64,000 bases of DNA, taken from positions 5,890,001 to 5,954,000 of the forward strand of contig NC_043005.1 in assembly GCF_006345805.1 (NCBI RefSeq), read 5' to 3'. The notes beneath the pieces were generated by a model that saw nothing but the letters and a program-made list of their open reading frames with translations, was not told the DNA's origin and ran no database searches. The position numbers were made by a program, and so were the translations under genes. The stretch comes from Octopus sinensis. Taxonomy: Eukaryota. This document shows, in pieces, positions 13,021-27,268 of this stretch (positions are counted from its first letter, which is position 1; each line of letters opens with the position of its first letter).

Positions 13021-13823
13021 AGAAATGCTGTTTATATACAGGATAAAGGTAACAGACAAAAGAAAAAGAGGGAGAGATAGAGGGAAGTGAGAGGAAGTAA
13101 AGGGATGAGTGAGAGAGAGAGAGAATGGAGGTGAAGGGAAGAGAGGGATAAAAAGACAGTGAGAGGGGAAAGGTAGAGGTAGAGGGAGAGAGAGACAGAA
13201 AGGGGAGAAACAGAAAGTGAAGGGAATACAGAGAGAGAGAGATAGAGAGAGTGAGAGACAGATAAGTGAAAGGAGATAGGAAGATATGAGCTTGAGTGAG
13301 TGAATGCGTGTGTGTATGTATGTGTGCGTGTGTGTGTGTGTATGTGTGTGTGCCTGTGGGTGTATATCTATGTGTACATGTTATGTGCGTGCTCGTGTAT
13401 ATGTATGTATGTGCGTAGGTGTGCATGCGCGCGTATCTCTATGTACAGATGTGTGTGTGTGTGTATACGTGTGTGCGAACAACTTTCAATTCAAAACATC
13501 GGTTTCTTTCTGCGATCAAAATTTTTTTCATGTTTTTTTTTTCAGTTTATATAATTTATATCTTCACACACAATCTCTCCCCTTCATTAATATACATGCA
13601 TGCAAACATACATACATGTCACACATATCTATCTATCTATTTTTTCTTTTTCCTTTTATTTTTACCCCCCCCCTTTTTCCTTTTTTTTTTTTGCTTTCCT
13701 CTTTCTTTCCTTTCACGATCCCTTTTGATCGAAAACAAACCCCCTTTATTTTATCCCCAATAAGAAAAGCTCTACCTTGTAATTTGTCCCGTCTGTGTGT
13801 AGCCCTGTGTGCCTAATAAAGAA

Positions 13824-13914
<91 letters not shown>

Positions 13915-15429
13915 CATCCATCCATCCATCCATCTATCTATCTATCTATCTGTCTGTCTGTCCACTTGTCTATCTATCTGTCTGCCTGTCTGTCTGTCTT
14001 TGAAAGGGCATAAAAATTCTCTCATCCTTGGAAGTAATCTTATTGTCGTGGGTGTGACATGACTGCTATTCGCGTCGGTTACGACGACAAGGGTCCCGGG
14101 TGTTCCTATCAACGAAACAGCCTACTCATGAAAGTATAAAAATCTGTACAGACTTCTGCTTTAGTATGTCCACGTTTTACCCCCACCAATGTGACATTAC
14201 TCTGCGTCCAGCGGTGAGGCGCCAGTTCTGCAGTTGTGGGGCGCGTAAAGTCACCTCTTAATTACCATTACTCTCAGATCCGTTCGGATCCGGAACAGTT
14301 GCATCTGTTGGGATTCCATCTGTAGGTTAAATAAATTTCTGTGAGGGTAGACTGAACTCCTTAACTGCGGTGAAAGCAACCAGTCAAGGAGAAGGAAAAG
14401 TCCAAAAATGAGAAATTAATACCCTCTTCCAACATGCCTTAAGCCAGCCTTCAAGGAAAAATATGGCTGACGAAACCAATATGAGGTACGTCCAACAACA
14501 TAGGTTCATATCATGGAGGCAACTATCTCATGTTGGTGCGCATTCTGTCGCAGGCGGAAATAACAGGGAATGAGGATAAGTTTAACACCAACATCTGAGT
14601 GCATGTTGGAGAGTTTGTTAAGGAACAAGGGACAAATACGACTGAAAGATAACAACAATAAAAAAAGTACCCGAAGCCAAAGTACGCCCTAAAGAAATGA
14701 TGGTTGCCAATCGCAAGAAGTTGCGAATGAAGATACTGAAGTAACAAATTTCTTCCGAAACCACTCAAAAGAAATTTAAAAAATATGGTTGCACACATTG
14801 TCAAATTGTTCTTGTAGGCGAAACGCACTCATTTTGGGAACAAGAAGCCACATTCTTTTCTACTCTAGGCACAAGGCCCGAAAGTTTTGGAGAGGGTTCC
14901 AGTCGATTGGATCGACTCTAGTACGCAACTGGTACTTAATTCATCGACCTCGAAAGAATGAAAGGTAAAGTCGACCTCGGCGGAATTTGAACTCAGAACC
15001 TAAGAAGCCACATTGCAAAAGGAAAATGATCGATGTCACATTTAGAATTGCTAAAGATCAGTCACGTTATTGTTTGGTGGTAATGTTGCTGGAGATTGAA
15101 AGTTATGTATGTATTGTGTGTCAAAGATAAAAGGGTCTCGTAAAAGCTACACGTCCATTCATATGGAAGAAAGCAATTAGGTATGTTTCGGTTCCCCCTT
15201 CACCGAAGTGTCTCTTTTGTAGTGTTTTGTATTTGAAATTTAAAAATGAATCGTTTTGAAGGCAAAACTTTTCCATTTTATGTAAACTCAATTGAAACAG
15301 TATTAAATTAAAATTGCCTTCTGTGTATTATACTCAACATCTTATGTACACCGTTGGAAGGTATGAGGCAGTGGAATTTTTCTTGAAATAAAATCTCTTC
15401 AGAGACTTGTGTTAAATATTCAATCTTTT

Positions 15430-15612
15430 ATCTTTTTCTTGCTTCAGTTATTAGACTGCGGTCATACTGGGGCACCGCCTTGACGGGTTTAGTCGAACGA
15501 TCGATCCCAGACCTTAATTTTAAAGTTTGATACTTATTCTATCAGTCACCTTTGACGAACCGCTAATCATGGGAACGTAAACATATCATCACCGGTTGTC
15601 AAGCGGAGGTGG
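15430..15612 (-). mobile_element. SINE family C, 3' half
   Basis: Match to the family C 3' module, followed by (CA)n. Confidence 0.75.
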
Positions 15613-16010
15613 TGAACACACACACACACACACATATACATACATGCGGACACATGCTCGCGCACACACACAAACACGCAATGCACACATACTCTCATAC
15701 ACACACACTCTCTCTCACACACACACATACTCTCTCTCACACGCACACATACTCACACATACATGCGGGGACATACACACACACATATAAACGCGGACAC
15801 ACACGTTTACAATAAACACACACACAGTGTTACAATAAACGCCTTGCATTGTTAAATCTTGGGGAAGTGAAGCAGGCTGTGCCTTGTTTAGTGGCCAGCT
15901 GTGCTCTCTCGCACAATCTCTTCCTACACTTAGCGCAGATATGGTTGTGAATTACCTTGGTTGAAAGCAAACTGCAGTCTGCTAAGAGTTCGGCGCCAAA
16001 CTGTTTAAAA

Positions 16011-16231
16011 CCCATTAAGTCCCACTGTCCTATAAATAGGACACTAAATAAGAACATTAAATAACCTATATCACATTGTCTCAGTGTCCTATTTATAGGA
16101 CACGGAGTATTTCCATTTCTACTTGAAGTAAAAGAGTCTTAATAATTATTTTTTATTCATTTTAACCTATTTTCAATCATCTGTAAACATTTAAAATATT
16201 CGGAAATTTAAGTCCTCTGGGACTTAATGGG
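16011..16231. mobile_element. piggyBac-like MITE
   Basis: TIRs CCCATTAAGTCCCA / TGGGACTTAATGGG, TTAA on the right and TTAAAA on the left. Two inverted internal palindromes GTCCTAT(AA/TT)ATAGGAC. Confidence 0.7.
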
Positions 16232-16399
16232 TTAACTAGAGTAAAAGTCCGCGAAGTTTAGAATCTTCGATGAGCGATATAACACTGCAGCTTCACGCTG
16301 ATTGATCGATTTAGAGATCAATCATATGAAACCACAGTGGCATACTCTCATGATCGCCAACTGATTATTTCTCGGTTGGGATTCGAATCTCTACAAGAT

Positions 16400-17186
16400 T
16401 TTTATCTCAGACCATTCCGCAGATTATGCCTTCTAACTGTGAATTTACACCCAATGTGATACACAGATAGCGATTTCGTATGCTATTGATCATTGATACC
16501 GTACCTTGTCATTCACAATCTCTAACACCACCTTTCAGATGTAAGATTGATGTTTATGTCGCCAAATACGTCGCTTTTGCAAATAACGTATCAAGGCGTT
16601 ATTGCGATATTTGACGCATTGTAATATCTTCGGCACACATTCGATCAGTTAATAAATGTTATTGATAAAGAAAATGGCTTCACACTGAAAGCGTTTTGGA
16701 AATCATTCAATGCTTTAGGTGCCGTAAAAATAAAATAAAATAAAAGATGCTGAAAGGAGTCTGGAACAAAATTAGTAACAAAAATATGAAAGATGTTTTT
16801 GGAACAAATTCTGAATTTGACTCTTGAGTTTACAGACAATATCGAAGGATTTGAAGAACTTGTAGGGATTGTTTGAAATGAAACAGAATCTGCACCTTGA
16901 TGTTTGTAGAAACAAATTAATCTGTTTTAGTCACACGATCAAAAGCTCATAAATAAAGAAAATCTCACTGAAAGGGTCGGACATTATGAAAGAAGGCGAA
17001 GAAGATCAAATAAAATTTGTTTATTCCGTCACTTTTAAATGGCTAGACGAAACGAGAGGAAGCCTTTTCACACTTCAAATAATGATTTGTATTTTTGAGT
17101 CCCAATATTCAAATTTCCGTAAAGAAGAAAACTTGCAGCAGATTTTAAAAGATCTCACGTCTGCTTTTGTGATTTACAAAGATTAA
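16400..17186 (+). pseudogene. Tigger/pogo (DDE_1) transposase remnant
   Basis: LIIDTVPCH (cf. LLLDNAPGH), FMSPNTSLLQITYQGVIA (cf. FLPPNTTSLLQPMDQGVI), TLKAFWKSFN, MLKGVWNK. Confidence 0.72.
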
Positions 17187-17439
17187 GAAAAGTTTGCCGT
17201 GGAAGCGAGGAACTATTAATAGATTTATAAAGGAAAAGGAAAAAATCCTTGTCCTTCAAATGAACCAAATACAAGCAGTAAAACAACATCGACTGGCGAA
17301 TAAACAAAAACAAAACTGGTGCCATTCGATAGCAAGTATTTTTTCTTAATATTAAAACGTGAGGTGGTTAAGGAGGAAATCATTAAACGAGCTGTTATTC
17401 GTATATCACACACATACACACGCACGCAATTATTTAAAA

Positions 17440-17720
17440 GAAGGCTTTCGGATTACTTTTTCTTACTCCACCTTGAACATATTCAACATTATACTGGTAA
17501 TCAAGTAGACTTTTGATCAAAAATGTCATTCCATTCGTGACAATCCCGTCTTTGAATAATATCCACAACTACATTATCAAGTGTGTTCTTTCTTATTCTT
17601 TCTAAGACAGCAGGATGTGCAAAGTGAGATTTGACTGATGTTTCTCGCAATTTTTTGGGCCAATGTTTCTCGCCTATTAGATTGTTCACGATTTTTATAA
17701 ATGATTTTAGGGTAAAGTTT
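17440..17720 (+). pseudogene. Highly degraded LINE (CR1-like) RT fragment
   Basis: GQCFSPIRLFTIFINDF resembles QGSVLGPLLFTIFINDL; weak DF-SK motif upstream. Confidence 0.4.
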
Positions 17721-18279
17721 CAGATAAAATATTTTCCAACACTAGCGCAGCTACAGTGTGTGCCGCCCGGGGCGGCCCTTCTGTTGGCTACCCCCGGACC
17801 CTATAAAAAAACACATATTACCCCAACTAGCTACACTGGTGCTTTCCAGTATTGATTCCGGCTCTTAAACATTCCGAGATTAACTTTGCATTTTATCGTT
17901 TGAAGCTGATAAAATTCCAGCCAGGTTTTGAGGTCGATGTAATCGATGGAACCCCTCCCCTCACAATTGCTGCCCATGTACTTAAATCTGAAACAACCAT
18001 CTATTTAATCTATGAGATATATTAAATCGTATTTATAAATTATTTATTTACGCTCTGGGTTCAAATTCCGTCGAGGTCGACTTTGCCTTTCATCCTTTCG
18101 AGGTCGATAAATCAAGTACCAGTTGCGTACTGGGGTCGATGCGATCGACTTACCCCTTCCCCTAAAATTTCAGGCCTTGTGCCTATAGTAGAAAAAAAAA
18201 TATTTATTTAATATTTAAGATGCAAAATAAATCGTTGGTTACATCTGAATTGTTGCTTATTCGGTGTTTTTTTAATCTT

Positions 18280-18742
18280 TAATCTTTTTCTTGCTTCAGT
18301 TACTGACACACACATACGTACGCGCACACACGCACACACACGCACACACACACACATACACACACACACACACACACACATACGCACACAAACTGGGGCA
18401 CCGCTTTGAAGATTTAGTCAAATGAATCGACCCCGGTACATTGTTTTTAGTAAAGTTCAGATCCTTATTCTATCGATTTCTGTTGCTGAACCGCTAAGTT
18501 ATGGGGACGTAAACACATCAACACCGATTGTCAGGCAGTGGTGGGGAACAGACATAGATACAAACACATACACACGCATGCGTACGATGAGCTTCTTTTA
18601 GTTTCCATCTACCAAATCCTCTCACAAGGCTTTGGTCAACCCAAAGCTACATTAGATGACATTTGCCCAATGTGCCATGCAGTGGATTGAACCTATAACC
18701 ATGTGGTTGAGAAGCAAATTTCTTACCCCATGCCTGCGCCCA
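18280..18742 (-). mobile_element. SINE family C with inserted (CA)n
   Basis: Match to family C. Confidence 0.8.
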
Positions 18743-19109
18743 TATTTAATTCGTTTAAAAAGTTACGCCAAATCTCATCAAACGAGAATGTAGCTGTCGT
18801 TTGTCAGATTATTTCTATGTGAATTAGCTTTTCCCTAATGATTGAACATTTTCGTTAATTAGACGAGGTATTCTTGTACATGAGTGACTTATATGGAAAA
18901 TTGGGGTTAGGGGCCGTATGTTAATGAACGAAGACAGGATTATTGAAGGAAATGTGAATTATCATATTGAGTCTACAATAATGTTCCGATGACTTTAAAA
19001 CATGGTTTATGACCTACCCATTACATAAGAGATAAAAAAAATGAAATTGTGTGGCATTTGAGCCTTTTTCGATTGCATTATAACTCTGAGAGAAGTAGGT
19101 TACCTTTGT

Positions 19110-19362
19110 TAAGCATCCCGGCCATAAAAGCGCGACTGTCTTAAGGAAGAAGAGGAGATGCTCCTAAGTGGTTGTTTGACTTGCTAGAAATAATTTCTAA
19201 ATCTCCCTCAGAATCATGCCCTGTCGTTTTAAATTGGGGAAGAACACATTCGATGACGTAAACCTCGGTAGCTCATAAAAAAAGACAAGATGGTAACGGT
19301 TGTAATGCTTTTGATCCTAAGTCTCCCCGATCAGAGATGCCCTGGAACTAAACAACAACGAA
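19110..19362 (+). repeat. Dispersed repeat family E
   Basis: TGCTAGAAATA..CTAAATCTCC..CTAAACAACAAC motif recurs at 1145-1200, 37880-38160, 47715-47800 and, inverted, 24775-24860. Confidence 0.6.
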
Positions 19363-19950
19363 GATTACTATGGACATCGAATGGACACAGTCTGTTCCTG
19401 CAATAAGCTCCAATTTCCACGAACCTTATCAGTGCATGAAAAACTGCTTCCAATCCTTCAGAATTTCTCGTAAGCAATCGGCATTAAAAGAAAAAAGAAA
19501 AAACACGAAATAAAAAAATAAAAAAAAACATTCCTTCAGAATCGTAGTCACCGTATTTTTAAACATGAAATCTGCCCCACCCCACCCTCTACAAAAATTG
19601 GGTGGGCGAATAGAAAATAGAAGTTCAAAAAGCGTTTTTTCTTTTTGGTAGAATTATAATCTCCGTTATTTAAAACGTGGAATTGAAAGGAATTTAAAAA
19701 AAAAGAAAACACGAAAAAATAAAAAGAAACAAATTCAAAAGCAGGACATTGCCGAAGAGCGGCAATATTTCCGCTTTCATTTTGTGTTTATAATTCAAAA
19801 GAATGCTATAAAGCAACGCAGTTGGATTGTATTTCGTACGAATACCTACAGTCTACCAAAGTGTAAAAATAGAGTAAAAGCAGTGGCACTGAATTATATT
19901 GTGTATGTGTGTGTGTGTGGGGGGGGGGAGATTAATAATAGTTGTGAACC

Positions 19951-20020
<70 letters not shown>

Positions 20021-21549
20021 GTGGAGTGGGAAAGGAAACCTGTTAAGATAAACCCCGTTTTAATTTCTCCTTTTGTTGAAGGCTAGTAGTGTTTGTAACA
20101 GGAACGGTGGAAACAGTCAAGAATTAAGCAGATCAATGTCCAAAGGCGTCCCAGCCATGACCATCAAGCCATTTTAAAATTCATTAAATCCCAGATTACA
20201 TCATCCAATGATGATATCACGAAAGTCGGTACTGTTGGTTTATTGGCTGCATGTAAAAATGATGCACAACACACCGTGAAAAATAAACTTCGTTGGTCTT
20301 TGAATAATGAATACAAACAATTTATACAGATGGGAAGAGATAAACTCTGCAATTATGACAAAATAGTCGGTTAGTATAGCTCCGTGATTACGTTGTCACG
20401 ATTGGAGAAATATGATGCTAAGTCCATGACGGCCAATCTATGGCTTCTATGTGTTCGGCTGAATATGAAGCTGTCAAAACAATTGTTAGCATGCTGAATC
20501 TGTTCCTACTGGTGAATGAGTCGGCCGGTCTCAACGAGCTGCGTAAATATGTCTGGCAAGAGTGGAGGAGCGTTTCATTCAGCCGCCTTCGACATTCGGC
20601 AAAAAAAAATTAGCGCTAAAAGTGACTTTATATCATGTACCAAGAGAAAGCTCTGGACGGTCCAATCACGTGACAGCTCTATACTGATTGTTCAGTTAAT
20701 AGGCCGATCACGTGAAATGATTATGGCTAAACCGTGACGCTTACTCGGGAATTCAGTTATTCCATTTTGAATCAGCTACAATGGTAGAGTGTGATTTAAC
20801 CTTTTTGGTACCAACCTACCTGAAACCGACCCTGGTCCTGTAATACAAGATTCCTATGTTGAAGTGATCTAAAATAAAACCTTTCATCTAAATTTCATGT
20901 TAATTCATGTTCCAAGCACCCGTTTAATAATGACAAAGTTATTTTATTAAATTCTTCATTATTTTCACAGTTAAGTGAAGCCAAGCCAATGAATTTGAAT
21001 AGAAATATGATAACAAAAGAATTGAGAACTGATTTGGTAGTCTAAGGTATCTAGTTGGTAATTACAAATATGGCCACGGGCAATCTCACCTGTTAATTAT
21101 CCTCCGCTACGTATGAAACAAGTAACAGTTCACTACCGTTCTTATAGAAATAATAAAGCCTCTGTCAAGTGGATCCAGAAAACCGGTTTCGATACTAGTT
21201 TTTTCTTGTTTCATGTATTTCGCTGGACAATGTTTATAAGAAAGACATTAATGCCACAACGTTGTACTCCACACTCAACTTTATACCTCTGAGGCTTAGT
21301 GCCTACTTAGGAAATCAATATGTGGCAATCGAGTTAATCCCTAAAAAGTTGGATTTTGTGGTAATGTAAAGAAATCAATGACTAACAGAGAGGGAGGGAG
21401 GGAGCGGGGAAATCAGGGAGAAGGATGAGAAAGAAAAGGGGACAGTGTTAGAGGAAGGGAGAGAAGCAGGGAGAGAATGAGAGGAAGAGAGAAAGACAGA
21501 GAGACAAAATGAGAGTGGTGGAGAGGACAGCGGCGGAGGGAAGGGGAGA

Positions 21550-21935
21550 TACAGGGAGAAAGAAAGAGACAGAGAGACAGCATGAAAGATGGAGAGAGGG
21601 GGAGAGACAGGGAGAAAGAAAGAGACAGAGAGACAACATGAAAGATGGAGAGAGGGGAGAGACAGAGAGACAGCATGAAATATGGAGAGAGGGCGAGAGA
21701 CAGGGAGAAAGAAAGAGACAGAGAGACAGCATGAAAGATGGAGAGAGGGCGAGAGACAGGGAGAAAGAAAGAGACAGAGAGACAGCATGAAAGATGGAGA
21801 GAGGGGGAGAGACAGGGAGAAAGAAAGAGACAGAGAGACAGCATGAAAGATGGAGAGAGGGGAGAGACAGAGAGACAGCATGAAAGATGGAGATGACAGC
21901 GACGGAGAGAGGGGAGAGACAGGGAGAAAGAGATA
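21550..21935. repeat. GA-rich minisatellite with 56- and 37-bp units
   Basis: CATGAAA at 21581, 21637, 21674, 21730, 21786, 21842, 21879. Confidence 0.9.
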
Positions 21936-22489
21936 GAGAGAAAGAGAAAGACAAAGAGACAGCATAAAAGACAGAGAGGGCAGGGACGGAGGGAGGGGGA
22001 AAGACAGGGTGAGAAAATGAGAGGGAGGAGAGCACACCGAAAGTAGAAGAGAGAAAACCAGGGATAAAGAAAGAGAGAGAGAGACAGAGAGAGAGAGAGA
22101 AAGAGCTATATTAATTATTAATTCACTAGAGAATTTTGTTGTGTAAATAAATTATTGCAATATGTCGCAGACTTTACAGTTGGGAAATATGCATTCTTAA
22201 ACAGTCAGTTGTGATGTTTGTGTAGCATTTTCTTGATTTAATTAAATTGGGTTTCAACCAGTGACTAACATTCCACAGCTTCTTTGTGGTTGTCATCGAC
22301 TCGCTTCGTTTTGTGTCGCCATTACATCTGCTGGTATTTGCTGCACGACGATGTTGATATTAGGACAACTTTTGGGAGATCTTAAATATCGGTCTGAGAA
22401 GTCAGAGGCAGAAAGAGAGTTATTGTTGTGTATTTATTTATTTACTTATTTATCTATCTATTTAGTTAGTCAGTCAGTCAGTCAGTCAG

Positions 22490-23055
<566 letters not shown>

Positions 23056-23331
23056 TCGATCGATGCATACATAATGTATGCGTACACATACATGCATGCA
23101 CACTTACATACAAGCATATATAAGTATATACCTACATGTATAATATGTGCAAGTATATATACATCCACACAGACGTTCATGAATACATACCTGCATACAT
23201 ACATCTACACATACATGCATACATCCATGCACACATGTATGCATACCTACATACAGGCATACACACACATATACATGTATGCACACATCCATCTATACAT
23301 ACATACATACATACACCTATATAAATACACA

Positions 23332-23837
23332 TGTAGCGAAACCAATTTCTATAATGGCATATTAAAGACGATCAGCCTTTTATAGGCTCGGGACGTTAAT
23401 CAGAAATGATTGGTCGTCTTACCTATCATGTGAGTCTGGCACATTGGTTGAGTCCTGTGCTTTGATTGGTCGAGTATTGCGCGGGAAATGAATCGAGGAT
23501 CCAATCACGTTGCGCATTATTCTCAAACAACTGATCTGAATCTACCCTGGAGTCTACCCTCTGTCTATATATAGGTCTAACAAAGCATCTATGAGCAGAG
23601 AGGTGAGCGATTTTCAGGAAGGCGAGTCATGCTATTTTCCTGCCGTTATTCCTCAGAACAGAATTAATATAACGGATCACATGTAACCAACGACGGCCAG
23701 AACTGAATTATCCAAAAGATGGATAAACTATACAACTACCAGAATTCATGGTGTGTTTATTTTGTCCATTTATTTAATGGAGGAATAAAGTCTTGCTGTT
23801 ATTTTTAAAGTTTGTCTCCTGTATTATTTCCACAACA
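23332..23837 (+). mobile_element. Probable solo LTR
   Basis: TGT...ACA termini, TATATATA at 23566-73, AATAAA at 23784-89, ~500 bp; TSD only approximate (ACACA/ACATA if the end is 23834). Confidence 0.5.
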
Positions 23838-24656
23838 TATGTATTGGTGTGCAAGATTCCACAGTAAAATCAAGGGAGACTTTATACCAACACCATTAAA
23901 CATACAAACCTACATACATACGTACATAAATTGCATTACGTTTTATTCGAGTAGTTTCTCAAACAAATTACAATTTTCATATCTCCTGTGCCACAGAGAT
24001 ATGAGTCAGCCATACAAGGGTGTCGCATAATTTTCTTTTGGGGATAACATTCTTCTCCTGCAAGTAAGGAACCACGTCCTACTCTGTTTTAAGTGTCTCT
24101 ATCAAATATGCAAAGTTACACGAGCTGGCTGCCATAGAAAAAAAAACACATAGGAAAAACAACAACGTACAACATAAAATTTCCAAACATGGCCACAAGC
24201 AGTAGAACACAGCGTCAACGCATGTAGTTTTGCGTAGAATATATTTGTCAACACATGTGTTTTCTCGCAGACAAAAGAGTTATCATGTTTGGAAACAGGC
24301 ATGGATGTGTCTGTGACTTATGATTGGTTAAAATTACCCCAAATTTTCAAACTTTAAATGTTAATAACTCTTTATTTATTGATTTATGGTGCAAATGAAT
24401 TACATGAAATGATTAATATACTAAACTACATCATTACACCGAATATAAAATCAATTGGAACAGAAATTGAAAAGTGACAGCCGAACAGAAAGGATCCTAT
24501 TTTATTTACATTCGTACAAAAGAGGACATACTAAGTCAAAATCCGGTATTATATAAAAAATCCTGAACATTTCCAAATTGCTCGCCTTCAACATCGACCT
24601 GATGGTAATTTTAAGTTAGAGTAAAAAACTCGTGTGAGATAAAAATGATAAATACA

Positions 24657-24730
<74 letters not shown>

Positions 24731-25001
24731 TATATATATTATATATATATATATATGTTTAATTAACAATCTAGTTATGGTTGTTGTTGTTTAGCTCCGT
24801 ACCAGCCCCAATTAAACAGGTGTACCATCATAGGAATTCCAGATATGACCACCTCGACTTTTCAGTAAGTGAGTATCTGTGTATCTTGGAGTATATTATC
24901 TAATATTTTTTATTATTTAAGACAGTTAAGACTGGATTATGTATGTATGTATGTACGTACGTATGAATGTATGTATGTGTGTATATGTATAAGTATGGAT
25001 G

Positions 25002-25076
<75 letters not shown>

Positions 25077-25639
25077 GTATATAAGTTTATTATACGCAAC
25101 ATAATATTAGATTAAAATAGCCAACTGTATATCATACTTAATGCAAATGCATTGCGAAAAGGCAAGTTAACTGTGGCATTTGTCCGAAACAAACATCTCT
25201 TATGGACGTACTGTGTTTATAAGCATAAATATACATCAGTAGCTGACGAAAATCGTCCAATAGCAGCGTTGAGAATACTGGATGTGCATTTCTGTCTCGC
25301 TGGACTTTGTCGTTAGCATTTATTTACTGCCAACCGCGTGCTAAAACAACATCCGTTGCTACTGATATAGGAAATGGGCGATTGAAAAAGCCCTGGTGTT
25401 GCGATTAGTCGCCCACCTGATTAAAATTTAGCATGCGGTTGGCATTAGGTACATGCTACTGACAAAACCCACGAGGCAGAAATGCACATCTAGTATTCTC
25501 AGCGCCGTTTCTGGACGGTTTTTGTCTGCTAATGATACAGTTTTCTGTTTCTAAACACATTACGTTCCATAAGAAATATTATCTCTGGACGAACACCGCA
25601 GTTAATTTGCCTTTTCACGATGTATTTGCGATACACAAA

Positions 25640-26032
25640 TCTCTCTCTATATAAAGCTGAAGTTGTCTGTGTATGGCAGGTTTGGTAGCCTTCAACTAAC
25701 ACTATCTCTTCCGAGACCCTGCGGCCTAAGTTGACCAAAATTGAGAGTATGATAGAAGAAAGCTTGCTCTTCATTCCGTAGAAGAAAAAATTCAAATCGG
25801 ACTATGTTAACACCAAAAATTATTTACATCAAAAAGGTGCTTTTTTTCTATGAAAATCCCTATTTTTTTACGATTTTTTGACTGCTGTGTCGCCATTTTT
25901 CGGTGTATTTCAACCAGAAAAATGTTCACTTAAAGAGAATAACAAGCTACACAATGCAAAAGTTTTACTTTTCAAAAATTCCAATTCTAAAGGGTTGAAA
26001 CAAACCCGAGCAACGCCGGGCGATACTGCTAG
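25640..26032 (+). mobile_element. Non-autonomous Helitron
   Basis: 5' A|TC start, 3' hairpin CCCGAGCAACGCCGGG (26005-20), then 8 nt and CTAG|T; inserted between A and T with no TSD. Confidence 0.85.
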
Positions 26033-26061
26033 TGGTTATATATATGTATATGTTTATACAC

Positions 26062-26281
26062 CACGAGATTTTGTCTCTGAGAAAAACATTTTCTCTTTAT
26101 AGATTTTGTGTCAAAAATACAGAGGTGATCTCCGAGTGACGTCAACGCACAACTAAGAAGTGAAGTTACACCGAAACACCAGGTCTGAAAGTCTGCTGAC
26201 GTCACTTCGACCTCGATTTGTTGTTATTACACTTAAAATCTATGCGGAGAAGACTTTTTCTCTGAGACAAAATGTCGCAGC
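26062..26281. mobile_element. MITE-like foldback with two TGACGTCA palindromes
   Basis: Imperfect ~45-bp inverted ends (GATTTTGTCTCTGAGAAAAA / TTTTTCTCTGAGACAAAATG). Confidence 0.55.
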
Positions 26282-26639
26282 GAATACCTTTTACGTTTTA
26301 TTGTACAGTGGCGTGTTAATAATGAATGTACACATTATTATATTGGCTCATCTTGCGTCGTGTACGTAAATTAAATCATTTCAAGCCTGATAAACCTCAG
26401 TGCACATCAGCAGATATATTGTTTGCGGTTTTCTATATATAAGAACAACATTTCCAGTGTAGCGAGTTCCACCACTGAAGAGGCAATGTCACTCCGAACC
26501 ACTGCGTCTGATCGTCTGCTGACATCATCTGGAGCTTGGCGCCATCTGTTTTCACATTAATATTACAGGAGCGTGTTAAGAATAAATGTACACATTCACA
26601 TTTTTATCCCCCACTCCATGTGTGTATACTACTACTACT

Positions 26640-26722
<83 letters not shown>

Positions 26723-26964
26723 TACTACTATCACTACTACTACACACGGAATCATTTGAATAAAAGCGATTCTTGTTTCATAACGATTTCCAGAATAAGT
26801 TAATTCTGTTCCTACCTACACTCAGTATATCTGTGCGCAAAGTCGAAATTTCATTGTCTCTAGGGTTCTGCTTACATGACTACCATCCAGGGCCACCTTA
26901 ATAGACTTATAGCCCCTTCTTCGGGCACTGCAGCACACTGAGATCTATACAGTAAAAAAAAAAA

Positions 26965-27268
26965 CTGGATCTCCGTCGAGGGTTCCAGTTAATTCGATCA
27001 ACAGTTCAGCCTGTTCGTGAAATTAATGTGCAAGTGACTAAGCACTCCACAAACACGCGTCCCCTTAACGTAGTTCTCAGGGACATTCAGCGTAACATCG
27101 AAGGTGAAAAGGCTGGCCTTTTGAATTACAGGTACAAATACTTTTTGCCAGCTGAATGGATTGGCACTACGTGACATAAAATGTATTGCTCAAGGACACA
27201 ACGCGTTGATGGGTATCGAACCCACGACCATAAGATCGTGAGCCGAATACTCTAAACCACACGCCTTC
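26965..27268 (-). mobile_element. SINE: family A body joined to a family D-type head
   Basis: Body as at 4770; head carries TTGAGCAATACA..CCA(A/G)TCCA(C/T)TCAGCTG as in family D. Confidence 0.72.

Noticed and set aside
12700-21935. CRISPR-like repeat/spacer arrays at the two minisatellites
   Set aside because: Spacers are not unique, the context is eukaryotic, and there are no cas genes.
26475-26510. Hammerhead-like CTGAAGA..CCGAAC..GTC
   Set aside because: GAAA is broken and stems I and II are unconvincing.
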